Assembly (NCBI GenBank): GCA_041747555.1
Contig: JBGTEY010000013.1
Span: 80,814-144,813 of the forward strand
Direction of reading: 5' to 3'
DNA: 64,000 bases
Source of the DNA: Patescibacteria group bacterium
Lineage (GTDB): Bacteria; Patescibacteriota; Microgenomatia; UBA1400; PJMF01
Shown one piece after another: positions 9,538-19,330 of the stretch (the stretch's first letter is position 1; each line of letters opens with the position of its first letter). A program made the translations under genes and the position numbers. The notes under the pieces were generated by a model. The model was not told where the DNA came from. It did not search any database and worked only from the letters and a program-made list of their open reading frames with translations.

Positions 9538-10576
9538 TACCTCACCCATTAACACCGCGCACGGTATTCGGGGCATTGGCGTGTACACGCGAACCTTAGC
9601 GGAACATCTTGAAGAACTCGAAGGTGTTGAGTTGATCCGCTCCGCAACACTTCATAAAGGAGAGAAGCCAAAAGTCGATATTATTCATTATCCGTTTTAT
9701 GATTTCTTTTTTACGACACTTCCACTTCGACGCGCTGCGCCAACAGTCGTGACAATTCACGATGTCGTACCACTCAAATATCCAGAAGAATATCCAGCGG
9801 GGATTAAGGGCACAATTCGAGCAAAGGTTCAAAACTATAGTTTGGCAAGTGTTGACGCTATCATTACCGATTCAATGCACTCTAAAAATGACATTATTTC
9901 ATATTTAAATGTCCCTGCTGAAAAAATTCACGTTGTTCAGCTCGCGGCAAATCCCTCTATAAAAGAAGCGACACCGAAAGTGATTTCTATGGTGCGACGC
10001 GACCACAATCTTCCCAAAAAATATATACTATATGTCGGAGATATTAATTTTAATAAAAATATTCCTCAGCTTATCAAATCTGTGAAATACTTGCCACACA
10101 ACGTACATTTAGTCTGTTTGGGTAAGAATTTTAAACCTCAAGACATTCCTGAATGGAAGCTCATCGAGCAACAAATTGCACTTTCTAATGTTCGTGACAG
10201 GGTGCATTTTGTATCTACTGTATTGAGCGAAGCAAATGAAGAACTTTCTGCGTTATATAGTGGGTCACTCGCGTACATTCAGCCATCAATTGACGAAGGT
10301 TTTGGTTTGCCCGTACTAGAAGCTATGATGTGCAAAACGCCTGTTGTATGCACAAAATTAGGCTCGTTACCCGAAGTTGCAGGTACGTATGCATTTTTTA
10401 GTGACGATGCTTCTGCAGAATCACTCGCTGAGACAATTGAAGATGCGCTTTCTATGAGCAAGACTGAGAGAGAAGCATATGTCCAAACAGCATTTAACTG
10501 GGCAAAGCAATTTAGCTGGCATAAAACTGCGCTCGATACAAAAGCAGTATATCAAAAGGTAATCGACAAAAAATAA
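9521..10576 (+). CDS. Glycosyltransferase family 4
   Basis: 'EGFGLPVLEAMMCKTPVV' is the GT4 signature, and the N-terminus 'MRVLLDTSPI...GIGVYTR' is typical. Confidence 0.8.
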   Translation: MRVLLDTSPINTAHGIRGIGVYTRTLAEHLEELEGVELIRSATLHKGEKPKVDIIHYPFYDFFFTTLPLRRAAPTVVTIHDVVPLKYPEEYPAGIKGTIRAKVQNYSLASVDAIITDSMHSKNDIISYLNVPAEKIHVVQLAANPSIKEATPKVISMVRRDHNLPKKYILYVGDINFNKNIPQLIKSVKYLPHNVHLVCLGKNFKPQDIPEWKLIEQQIALSNVRDRVHFVSTVLSEANEELSALYSGSLAYIQPSIDEGFGLPVLEAMMCKTPVVCTKLGSLPEVAGTYAFFSDDASAESLAETIEDALSMSKTEREAYVQTAFNWAKQFSWHKTALDTKAVYQKVIDKK

Positions 10577-12249
10577 TGAAACGATTCATCAGTATCGGCG
10601 CGATAGTACTCACGACGGTCTTGGTGTGTTCGGCATATTTTCAACACAGTTTTCCCTACACGCATGATGGAGAAAATCACCTCGCTCGTTTTGCGAATTA
10701 CTATGTAGCGGTCAAGGAAGGTCAGCTGCCCCCACGCTTTGCACCCAATTTATTGAATCGATATGGGTATCCGGTTTTTAACTATAATTATCCACTCGCA
10801 AATATGCTTTCGGTTCCGCTGAGAGTGCTGTCATTGTCATACCAGCAGATTTTTAGCCTGTTGACGATATTAGCAGTACTTGCGGGAGGGATCGGTACAT
10901 ATCTGTGGACAAAAAGCTTTGGACTCTCTGACTCCGCCTCGCTCTTAGCTGGGCTTACATTGCTGTCAGCACCTTATTTGACAAATTTACTTCTGTATCG
11001 AGGAACGATCGGTGAAACAATCGCTCTGGCATTAATTCCATGGATGATACTGCTCACCACAAAATTACTTAAGGCTGTTGATGATACTACCAAAGACCTG
11101 GGTGCCGTTTCATTTCTATTCGTGATGACCACTCTGTTGTGGACAGCATTTTTTCTGGCGCATAACTCGACAGTTCTAATAGGTGCACCTTTGGTTTGTA
11201 TAGTTGTCCTCAGTGATATATGGCTCACAAGAAAAAAATTATCAGGACACAGCCTCAAACGCTTCTTGCTGGTGCTCGGTGCAAGTATTGGCTTGTCACT
11301 TTGGTTTTGGCTGCCGGCGCTTCTTGAGCTTGATGCCGTAGTTTTATCGGGTGCACAGAATAATACAGAATATTCGAGACACTTTCCGACCGTTGACCAA
11401 TTACTGTTTTCATCGCCAGGCTTTGGGTTTTCTCAGCCAAGCGCAGTAGACGGACTGTCATTTCGAATTGGATGGGCGCAGCTCATGGGATTAATTATAA
11501 GTATTTTAGCATTGCTGCAATCTGTACGTCCCAAAGAACGGCTACAAAAGCGTTTATTTGCAGGTCTAGTACTTCTGTGTGGAATGCTTATTTTTCTAGA
11601 AATGGAGGTGTCACTTCCGATTTGGAATCTCCCGCTGATTAGGTATGTACAGTTTCCTTGGAGATTAAGTGGAATGCTCATAATACTCATTGGGCCACTA
11701 ATCGCGTATGGTTTTGATAATTCGAAGTATATCTGGAAACTACTGCTAGCTACCGCTGTAGTGATGCAACTTAGTTTGGCACTTTCACAAAGCCCTGTCG
11801 ATCAATTTTTCAAAACTAATGATGATCATGAAGCATTTACACAAACGACGAGCACTCAAAATGAGAATCTACCAATTAATTTTACTTACGAAAATATAGC
11901 CGATTGGGAACCAACACCAAAAATTGATACAGGTGTGGGTACCATTCAAGTGTCGCATTGGTCAGGTTCACAGAGAACATACGATGTTCTTCTAGAGACT
12001 GATGCAATTATCATTGAACCAACAGCATTTTTTCCAGGATGGATCACGACGATTGGAACCAGTGAAGTGCAATATCTACCGCATTCACAAACAGACGGCA
12101 GGATTGGATACTTTTTACCAAAAGGTGAGTATCGCGTCCATACTCGCTTTACACAAAACACACTCCCAAGAACAATTGGCTCTATCGCATTTATAGTTAC
12201 ATTTTCTAGTCTAGTAGGATGGTTAGTATGGCATCAAATCAAAAGGTGA
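10576..12249 (+). CDS. Polytopic membrane protein, putative GT-C-type glycosyltransferase or polymerase; family not recognised
   Basis: About 12 TM helices with an 'HDGENHLARFANY' loop after TM1 and a C-terminal soluble roughly 150-aa domain. Its stop overlaps the next gene. Confidence 0.4.
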   Translation: MKRFISIGAIVLTTVLVCSAYFQHSFPYTHDGENHLARFANYYVAVKEGQLPPRFAPNLLNRYGYPVFNYNYPLANMLSVPLRVLSLSYQQIFSLLTILAVLAGGIGTYLWTKSFGLSDSASLLAGLTLLSAPYLTNLLLYRGTIGETIALALIPWMILLTTKLLKAVDDTTKDLGAVSFLFVMTTLLWTAFFLAHNSTVLIGAPLVCIVVLSDIWLTRKKLSGHSLKRFLLVLGASIGLSLWFWLPALLELDAVVLSGAQNNTEYSRHFPTVDQLLFSSPGFGFSQPSAVDGLSFRIGWAQLMGLIISILALLQSVRPKERLQKRLFAGLVLLCGMLIFLEMEVSLPIWNLPLIRYVQFPWRLSGMLIILIGPLIAYGFDNSKYIWKLLLATAVVMQLSLALSQSPVDQFFKTNDDHEAFTQTTSTQNENLPINFTYENIADWEPTPKIDTGVGTIQVSHWSGSQRTYDVLLETDAIIIEPTAFFPGWITTIGTSEVQYLPHSQTDGRIGYFLPKGEYRVHTRFTQNTLPRTIGSIAFIVTFSSLVGWLVWHQIKR

Positions 12250-13445
12250 TTAAACAGCTGAGCGCCATCATAGCGCTGACACTCGCCTGGCGAGGGGCAT
12301 TATTTTTGCTTTCTAAGACTGCTCAAAGTATTTTGCCCTATGATCCAAGCTTTCCCTATCATGATATAATTTTTTCGCTCTCAAACATACCCCAGTGGAT
12401 ATACTCTTGGGCAAACTTTGATGGAGTTCACTACATCACCCTAGCCAGAAATGGATATGTAGGCACTGGCTTAATTCAAGCTTTTTTTCCGTTATATCCT
12501 GCAGCGATTGCGCTCTTGATTCCTTTGCAGATTTCCTCAATAATTTCTGGGCTGACACTCTCATTTCTAGGTTTGGTGGGCGCCGCTTGCACTCTTTTTC
12601 TCCTAGTTAAAAAGCATTTTACTAGCCGAATTGCATTCTGGTCAGTGATCGGACTTTTACTATTTCCTACATCATTTTTCTTTGCAGCTCTCTACTCGGA
12701 ATCTTTTTTTCTATTTTTTATCCTTCAGGCTCTGTATTGGTATGAAAGGAAGAAATGGTTATTGCTGACAATTTTTATAGGATCGGCGTCTGCTACGCGA
12801 CTGGTTGGAATTGCACTGGTGCCAGTCTTATTACTGGATATTGGATTACAAGATATGAGTTTTAAGGCAAGAACTGTATCAACTAGTAGATACTTGTGGC
12901 AAGGTATGGTTCGCATAATTGATAATTGGACACAAAATGTTCGCGCTGTGATATCTGTGTCTTTAGGGAGCGTGGGGCTACTGGGATATATGACTTACCT
13001 GTATTACACCTTTGGTGATGCATTATATTTTTATCATGTGCAGCCAGAATTCGGAGGTGGGAGAGAGGAGCAAATAGTACTCTTACCACAAGTAATTTTT
13101 CGTACCCTAAAAATTGTGCTTACCGTACCCGTTTCCATCTTGAGAACACCAGTGTACATTCAAGAACTTCTTGCAGGAACTTTGCCACTCATCTTATTGG
13201 CACTGCTCTATAAAAAAGTACCAACAACTTGGCTGGTATTTTCTGCCATTGCACTCCTACTGCCTACTGCTACTGGAACATTTTCAAGCATGCCTCGGTA
13301 CGCGCTCGTAGCATTTCCGTTGTTTGTCGGATTCGGCCTTCTTATGAGAGATCGACCGAAAGTAGGACTGCCACTACTCTTACTCTCGACATTTCTCATG
13401 GTATTTAATACGATACTGTTTATCCAGGGATACTGGGTGGCATAA
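12219..13445 (+). CDS. Polytopic membrane protein, GT-C-like (possibly PIG-V/Mannosyl_trans2- or DUF2029-like mannosyltransferase)
   Basis: Multi-TM with the motif 'WANFDGVHYITLARNGY' after TM1, which resembles the 'D..WY..IA..GY' motif I recall from PIG-V-type mannosyltransferases. Confidence 0.4.
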   Translation: MVSMASNQKVIKQLSAIIALTLAWRGALFLLSKTAQSILPYDPSFPYHDIIFSLSNIPQWIYSWANFDGVHYITLARNGYVGTGLIQAFFPLYPAAIALLIPLQISSIISGLTLSFLGLVGAACTLFLLVKKHFTSRIAFWSVIGLLLFPTSFFFAALYSESFFLFFILQALYWYERKKWLLLTIFIGSASATRLVGIALVPVLLLDIGLQDMSFKARTVSTSRYLWQGMVRIIDNWTQNVRAVISVSLGSVGLLGYMTYLYYTFGDALYFYHVQPEFGGGREEQIVLLPQVIFRTLKIVLTVPVSILRTPVYIQELLAGTLPLILLALLYKKVPTTWLVFSAIALLLPTATGTFSSMPRYALVAFPLFVGFGLLMRDRPKVGLPLLLLSTFLMVFNTILFIQGYWVA

Positions 13446-13451
13446 TCAAGT

Positions 13452-13456
13452 AAGGA
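13452..13456 (+). promoter_or_regulatory. Shine-Dalgarno sequence (AAGGA) for the epimerase gene
   Basis: AAGGA lies 5 nt upstream of the ATG at 13461. Confidence 0.4.
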
Positions 13457-13460
13457 ACGT

Positions 13461-14378
13461 ATGAACATAATTGTTACCGGGGGAGCAGGATTTTTAGGGA
13501 CACATCTTTGTCGAAGACTCGCTCAAGAAGGTCATACTGTAAAAGTTATTGATCTCGTTACAAACCCAGAATTCGAAACAATTATCGCTGATGTCAGAGA
13601 CCGCAATGAAATGATGCGGTATATCAGAGATGCGGAGTTAGTATTTCACCTTGCTGCAAAAATAGAAGCAGGTGAGTCCGTTAAAAATCCTCAACTGTTC
13701 ATAGACCACAATATTACCGGCACACTCTCTGTTTTAGATGCAATGGTGGAGAATGGTGTTTCCTCAATCATATTTTCTTCAACTGCGGCTGTATATGGCG
13801 AGCCAATCAGAGTACCGATCTTCGAAGATGATAGGACAATTCCAATTAATCCCTACGGCATGACCAAACTTGCAGTCGAAGGACTGCTATCATCATATGT
13901 TGCAACACACAATCTAACAGCAATTGCACTGAGATACTTCAATCTTTATGGTCCCGAAGAGCACCATGAGCCTGAAACACATGCTATTCCACGATTTATA
14001 AAACAAATTCATACTAATGAAGAAGTAACTGTGTATGGTTCCGGCGGACACAAACGTGACTATATTTTTATCACTGATGTCGTTGAGGCTCACATTAAGG
14101 CAATTTCACTCTCTGAACAAAAACCACAACAATACCACTACTGTAATTTATCCACACAACGTCCAGCATCGGTACTTGATATCGTAAGGATAATAGAGAG
14201 CGTGATGGAAAAAAAAGCTCAAATTAAGCACTACCCAGAACGACCTGGTGATCCACTTGTGCTCGTTGCTGACGCCAGCAAAGCACAAGAGCTATTAGAA
14301 TGGTCATCTCAAGTTGTTTTGGAGACAGGCTTAAAAGAAACAGTCGACTATTTTCTCAAATTTTGGAATAAATCGTAA
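13461..14378 (+). CDS. NAD-dependent epimerase/dehydratase, UDP-hexose 4-epimerase-like (GalE family)
   Basis: 'MNIIVTGGAGFLGTHL' is a Rossmann GxxGxxG motif and 'YGMTKLAVE' is the SDR catalytic YxxxK. A Shine-Dalgarno AAGGA lies at 13452-13456. Confidence 0.8.
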   Translation: MNIIVTGGAGFLGTHLCRRLAQEGHTVKVIDLVTNPEFETIIADVRDRNEMMRYIRDAELVFHLAAKIEAGESVKNPQLFIDHNITGTLSVLDAMVENGVSSIIFSSTAAVYGEPIRVPIFEDDRTIPINPYGMTKLAVEGLLSSYVATHNLTAIALRYFNLYGPEEHHEPETHAIPRFIKQIHTNEEVTVYGSGGHKRDYIFITDVVEAHIKAISLSEQKPQQYHYCNLSTQRPASVLDIVRIIESVMEKKAQIKHYPERPGDPLVLVADASKAQELLEWSSQVVLETGLKETVDYFLKFWNKS

Positions 14379-15047
14379 ATGAAACGATCAAATATTTGGA
14401 TCCTCATTCCTGGCCTAAACGAAGAAAAGTATATTTCGACGGTTTTAAAAAAAGTTAAAAAACATACAAACAACATTATTGTAATCAGTGATGGCTCGAC
14501 AGATGCAACTGCTCGTATTGCAAAAAAATACACAGATCACGTACTTTCACACTCAATAAATTTGGGCAAGGGCGCAGCGCTCAACACCGGTTGCCAATAT
14601 GCATTTAATAATCTAGGTGCTGAGGCTGTAATTTTTATGGATAGCGATGACCAGCACGACCCCGCTGAAATTGATGACTTTATCGATAAGTTAGAGCAAG
14701 GTGCAAGTGTCGTTTTTGGTGTCCGCTCATTTAATGAACACATGCCATTGTTTCGGATTATTATGAACCGCTTGGCATCAGTAACGATTTACGCATTATT
14801 TGGATCATACATTCCAGACATTCCAAGTGGTTTTAAAGCGCTTTCTAAACATGCTTATTCAAAAATACAGTGGGAGGCACCTGATTACGCAGTTGAGATC
14901 GAAATTGCAGCCAAAGTTGCGAAATACAACATCAAGTATGAAGTAGTTCCAATAAAAACAATTTATCATGACTTCGATCGGGGGGTGACAATTCTCGATA
15001 CAATACATATGATAGCTAGAATACTGAGCTGGAGAATATCACTATGA
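14379..15047 (+). CDS. GT2 polyprenol-phosphate glycosyltransferase (DPM1/GtrB/ArnC-like)
   Basis: 'LIPGLNEE...IIVISDGSTDAT', 'GKGAALNTG' and 'FMDSDDQHDP' match the 'GKGxAl...DaDlqHpP' motifs of the DPM1 family. Confidence 0.7.
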   Translation: MKRSNIWILIPGLNEEKYISTVLKKVKKHTNNIIVISDGSTDATARIAKKYTDHVLSHSINLGKGAALNTGCQYAFNNLGAEAVIFMDSDDQHDPAEIDDFIDKLEQGASVVFGVRSFNEHMPLFRIIMNRLASVTIYALFGSYIPDIPSGFKALSKHAYSKIQWEAPDYAVEIEIAAKVAKYNIKYEVVPIKTIYHDFDRGVTILDTIHMIARILSWRISL

Positions 15048-15373
15048 GCATATTTCAAATTGTGAGTGTTTTATTTGCCCTGTTCTTGATGTATGTTGTC
15101 TCAATTCATCGCCGGAAAGCTAAATTAACTACAACAGAAGTCTCATTTTGGTACTCAATGTGGGCTTTTTTTATAGTTATCGCACTGTTTCCGGGGTTAC
15201 TCCTTGGAATAACACAGCAGCTTCATTTTGCTCGGGTATTTGATTTGCTTGTAGTTGCTGCATTGATGGTGCTTACAATTCTAGTAGTTATCAATTACTT
15301 CACTCAAAAAGAAAATCAAAAAAACTTAGAAAAATTTGTCAGAAAGCAGGCCATTGATGAACAGAATACATAA
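15044..15373 (+). CDS. Small 3-4-TM membrane protein, DUF2304-like accessory to polyprenol-phosphate GT2 enzymes (family name from memory)
   Basis: 109 aa and hydrophobic, sandwiched between two DPM1-like GT2 genes. I recall a conserved small membrane protein in this position next to such GT2 genes and call it DUF2304 from memory. Confidence 0.45.
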   Translation: MSIFQIVSVLFALFLMYVVSIHRRKAKLTTTEVSFWYSMWAFFIVIALFPGLLLGITQQLHFARVFDLLVVAALMVLTILVVINYFTQKENQKNLEKFVRKQAIDEQNT

Positions 15374-16097
15374 AAAAGCAATCTCAAAAACAGTAGTCTC
15401 TGTTATCATGCCTGTGTACAACGAGGAACGAACGATCTCGACTATTATTGAAGAAGTCCATGCATCAGGAGTAAAAAACATTGAATTGATTGTTGTTGAT
15501 GATAATTCTACCGACAACACCAGATCGCTTCTCAAAAAACACAAAAAACAAATTGCTACATTAATTTTACGCAAAACAAATGGTGGCAAAGGCGCTGCAC
15601 TCAGAGATGGCATTGCAGAAGCCACCGGCGATATCGTCCTTATCCAGGACGCAGATCTTGAATACACTCCCCAAGATTATCCTCGACTCCTCCAGCCGAT
15701 TATTGACGATCGCGCCGATGTGGTGTTTGGCTCACGGTTTGTGGGATCACATCCCCATCGAATCGTGTATTTCTGGCATTACATGGCGAATGTTGGACTG
15801 ACGTTACTTTCAAACATTTTTACAAATCTGAATCTTACCGACATGGAAACATGCTACAAAGTATTTCGACGCGAACTTATCCAATCACTTACAATTGAAG
15901 AAAACTCATTCGGCATTGAACCAGAAATCACAGCCAAAATTGCACACATGAAACCTAGAATCTACGAAGTTGGTATAGCGTATTATGGGAGAACATATGA
16001 CGAAGGTAAGAAAATTGGGATTCGTGACGCATTCCGCGCGGTATGGGCAATTGTAAAATATAATCTACTAGCAAGAGCTGGCCGATACTCTTCATAA
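15357..16097 (+). CDS. GT2 polyprenol-phosphate mannosyl/glucosyltransferase (DPM1/GtrB-like)
   Basis: 'VVSVIMPVYNEERTI...ELIVVDDNSTDNT', 'GKGAALRDG' and 'IQDADLEYTPQDYP'. I chose the ATG at 15357 (MNRIHKK...) instead of the track start 15336. Confidence 0.75.
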   Translation: MNRIHKKAISKTVVSVIMPVYNEERTISTIIEEVHASGVKNIELIVVDDNSTDNTRSLLKKHKKQIATLILRKTNGGKGAALRDGIAEATGDIVLIQDADLEYTPQDYPRLLQPIIDDRADVVFGSRFVGSHPHRIVYFWHYMANVGLTLLSNIFTNLNLTDMETCYKVFRRELIQSLTIEENSFGIEPEITAKIAHMKPRIYEVGIAYYGRTYDEGKKIGIRDAFRAVWAIVKYNLLARAGRYSS

Positions 16098-16101
16098 AAT
16101 A

Positions 16102-17118
16102 ATGAGATTATCAAAGAAAAAAATACTGATTACCGGTGCTGGTGGGTTTATTGGATCTCACCTCGTAGATGTATTGATTGAAAAAAAATTGAAATCTCAG
16201 CTACTCTTGATGCTTCTTCCTGATGAACCAATGGATAATCTTCTCCATCATCCGGATTTAGAAATTGTGAGAGGAGATATCAGAGACGCTAATTTCATCA
16301 ATAAAATTATGAAAAATGTTGGGCTCGTGTATCATCTAGCGGCCCGAATCGATTTTGATGGAAAAACCTATGCCGAGTACGAAGATGTTAACGTCACTGG
16401 CACGCGCAATTTAGTAGATGCAGCAATCCGAGAAAAAGTTCAGAAATTTATTTTCTACAGCAGCATTGGGGTACATGGTTTGCCCGCAGGCATAGGAAAT
16501 ATTGAGAATTGGGATGAATTACATCCACCGACATACACCAATTTTTATGGCCAATCAAAATGGGAAGCAGAGGAGTACATCAGAGATGCTCACGCAAAAT
16601 CTGGTCTGGCGTATACCATTATCAGACCTGCAAGTGTGTATGGCCCAAGAGAGAAAGGTCCAACACTTGCGCTCTATAGGGCTATAAAAAATGGTCATTT
16701 CGCAATAATTGGCACTGGCAAAAACAAAATGCACTATGTGTATGTCAGAGATCTAGTCGAAGCAACCTACCTTGCGGGCACCTCACCAAATATTTCGGGT
16801 GAGTACATTATTGCTGGCGCAGAACCAACTACATTTACCGATGTGGTAAAGCACGTTGCGCTGAGCTGCAATGCAAAAATACCAACCCGCTCGATTCCTC
16901 TTTTTATTGCAAACATCTTGGCATACGTCGCGCAATGTATTATGAGCGTAACGGGCATGACACTACCAATTTTTCCCTCACGTGTTCGCACGATGACGAC
17001 TTCGTATTTTTACAATATTTCTAAAGCTAAAAAAGAATTGGGATATCAGCCAAAGGTCACTTTTGCGAAGGGTGCAAAATTAACCGGCGACTGGTATCTC
17101 GAGCATAATTATTTATGA
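16102..17118 (+). CDS. NAD-dependent epimerase/dehydratase (extended SDR, nucleotide-sugar modifying)
   Basis: 'KILITGAGGFIGSHLVDVL' and 'YGQSKWEAE' (YxxxK). Confidence 0.75.
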   Translation: MRLSKKKILITGAGGFIGSHLVDVLIEKKLKSQLLLMLLPDEPMDNLLHHPDLEIVRGDIRDANFINKIMKNVGLVYHLAARIDFDGKTYAEYEDVNVTGTRNLVDAAIREKVQKFIFYSSIGVHGLPAGIGNIENWDELHPPTYTNFYGQSKWEAEEYIRDAHAKSGLAYTIIRPASVYGPREKGPTLALYRAIKNGHFAIIGTGKNKMHYVYVRDLVEATYLAGTSPNISGEYIIAGAEPTTFTDVVKHVALSCNAKIPTRSIPLFIANILAYVAQCIMSVTGMTLPIFPSRVRTMTTSYFYNISKAKKELGYQPKVTFAKGAKLTGDWYLEHNYL

Positions 17119-18176
17119 GGCCAAAAACAAAACAGCCGCATGTATCTGTCATCGTTGTCACATATAATGCAGCGCCGTACATAAAAAAATGCATTGCATC
17201 GATACTTGCAAACACATTTTCAGATTTTGAATTGATCGTATTTGACAATGTGTCGACAGATACTACAACAAAGCTTGCAGCTTCTTTTTCAGACCCACGC
17301 ATACAAATTCATACTGCATCACATAACCTTGGATATGCCGGTGGTAACAATGCTGCGATTGCACTGAGTAAAGGTGCATACGTATGTGTTCTTAACCCAG
17401 ACGTGATTGTTGGTAAGAGGTTTTTGGAAGGCATGGTGTCAGAGCTTACAGCGGATCCAACGGTAGCAGCATGTCAACCATTGGTCTATTTTTATGATGG
17501 AAAAAAAATTAATCTCACCGGGATTTCTCCCCAATTTTTAGGGTTTAATGATCTTAATAATTTTGATTCAGAAATAATTCCCAAAAAAGGAGACATTACT
17601 GCTTTTAGTGGCTCTGGGTTCATGATTCGAAAAACAGTACTTGAGAGAGTCGGAACATTCGATGAGCAGTACTTCATGTACTTTGAAGATAGCGACCTTT
17701 CATGGAGAATTCGATTGGCGGGGCAAACCATTAGGTTTGTTCCAGAGAGCACAATGCGACATGACTACAAATACACACCCAGTAACACAAGCCAATCCAT
17801 GATGCGAAAACTGTTTTTTTATGAACGAAATCGATTACTCACGCTCTTTAAAAATTACTCACCAAAATTACTCATTCTCTCAGCACCTGCACTCATACTC
17901 ACTGAAATCGGCATGATTGCCAAGTCTTTAGTTGAGGGCTGGCTTGGCACTAAACTCCGAACGTATGTAAGCGCAACTAGTCTTATTCCCCACGTTTTAA
18001 CTTGTAGAAAAAACATAGCGCGATTCCGCCAGCTGTCTGACAGAGAAGTTATTCGCGATCTCAAACCAGAAATTACCTTTAAAAAATTTCAAACTACTGC
18101 AGTCACCACAGTGCTCAATCCCTTCCTCAAGGCATACTTCGCTGGAGTGTCATGGGTTGTGAGAGTCACCTCATGA
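17115..18176 (+). CDS. Glycosyltransferase family 2
   Basis: 'VSVIVVTYNAAPYIKKCIASI', 'VLNPDV' and 'YFEDSDLSWR' place it in the GT2 rhamnosyltransferase-like subfamily. Confidence 0.7.
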   Translation: MRPKTKQPHVSVIVVTYNAAPYIKKCIASILANTFSDFELIVFDNVSTDTTTKLAASFSDPRIQIHTASHNLGYAGGNNAAIALSKGAYVCVLNPDVIVGKRFLEGMVSELTADPTVAACQPLVYFYDGKKINLTGISPQFLGFNDLNNFDSEIIPKKGDITAFSGSGFMIRKTVLERVGTFDEQYFMYFEDSDLSWRIRLAGQTIRFVPESTMRHDYKYTPSNTSQSMMRKLFFYERNRLLTLFKNYSPKLLILSAPALILTEIGMIAKSLVEGWLGTKLRTYVSATSLIPHVLTCRKNIARFRQLSDREVIRDLKPEITFKKFQTTAVTTVLNPFLKAYFAGVSWVVRVTS

Positions 18177-19330
18177 AAATACTTCAAGTGTGCTCCTATC
18201 TCTATCCAGCGCTCGCATACGGAGGTCCCGCAAAGGCTGTGCATGATCTCTCCAAGGAACTTTCAAAAAACCATTCGGTAACTATCTATACAGGAGATTC
18301 TTGGGATGAGACACGGAGATTGCGTGCAGATGAAAAATTACAGTCCTCAAAAAATTTCGAGGTGCTGTATTTTAGAAACATTTTAAATTCAATCGCATAC
18401 CGCTTGCGATTGTTTACTTGTTTCGGAATGGTTTTCAATTATTTGCGAGACTACAAACAATATGATGTGGTGCATATTCATGATGTGTTTATTTTTCCAC
18501 AATTTCTGATAGCATTTTTTGCAAAATTTTTTTCTGTACCGTATGTAATTTCTCCCCACGGAATTCTTGATCCAACACGGATGCATAAAAAATCCACTAT
18601 TAAAAAAATCTTGTGGCCAATTGCGCAGAGCGCTTTACAGAACGCAACGGCAGTAGTTGCTGTCTCTAATCAGGAAGCAGACGATCTCAAGACACTTGGG
18701 TTTAAGAACGTTACTACTATATTTAATGGGGCTCCCATTCCACAAATTGATCCAGAGAAAAAAGTATCCAATCGATTCAATCTCACGAAAGATCCTAAAT
18801 ATTTGACACTGCTGTACATTGGAAAACTCCATCCGCAAAAAGGATTATTGGAACTGCTTCAGGCTGTGAATATGAGCCGTACGTCTATCAAAGTACTGGT
18901 GGCTGGGCCAGATGATGGAGCGCTGCGATCACTAAAAACCTACTGCAGCGATGTTGGTCTACAACATGTGCATTTTTTAGGTCTAGTTGATGATTTAGAG
19001 AAGCAGTATTTGTTTTCGATAGCTGATATTTTTATGTATCCATCGTACGCCGAGGGGTTTTCAATTAGTATTCTCGAAAGCATGAGTGCAGCCGTACCTG
19101 TTATTATTACAGAAGGGTGCAACTTCCCGCTGGTTGCAGAGCGGCAAGCTGGATTCATCGTAAAACTCAAGAATCTTGATAAAAATATTGCAGCTATTTT
19201 GAATTCAAAGAACATAAAGCGGGAAACACTCAAAAAATTCGGTAAAAACGCTCGCACACTAGTAATCGAACAATTTTCAATATCTACTGCTGCGCAAAAG
19301 CATGTAAGGCTATATGAAAAAATCGCATAG
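18173..19330 (+). CDS. Glycosyltransferase family 4
   Basis: 'MKILQVCSY...YGGP' and 'EGFSISILESMSAAVPVIITEG'. I chose the ATG at 18173 (ATGA overlap) instead of the track start 18152. Confidence 0.75.
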   Translation: MKILQVCSYLYPALAYGGPAKAVHDLSKELSKNHSVTIYTGDSWDETRRLRADEKLQSSKNFEVLYFRNILNSIAYRLRLFTCFGMVFNYLRDYKQYDVVHIHDVFIFPQFLIAFFAKFFSVPYVISPHGILDPTRMHKKSTIKKILWPIAQSALQNATAVVAVSNQEADDLKTLGFKNVTTIFNGAPIPQIDPEKKVSNRFNLTKDPKYLTLLYIGKLHPQKGLLELLQAVNMSRTSIKVLVAGPDDGALRSLKTYCSDVGLQHVHFLGLVDDLEKQYLFSIADIFMYPSYAEGFSISILESMSAAVPVIITEGCNFPLVAERQAGFIVKLKNLDKNIAAILNSKNIKRETLKKFGKNARTLVIEQFSISTAAQKHVRLYEKIA

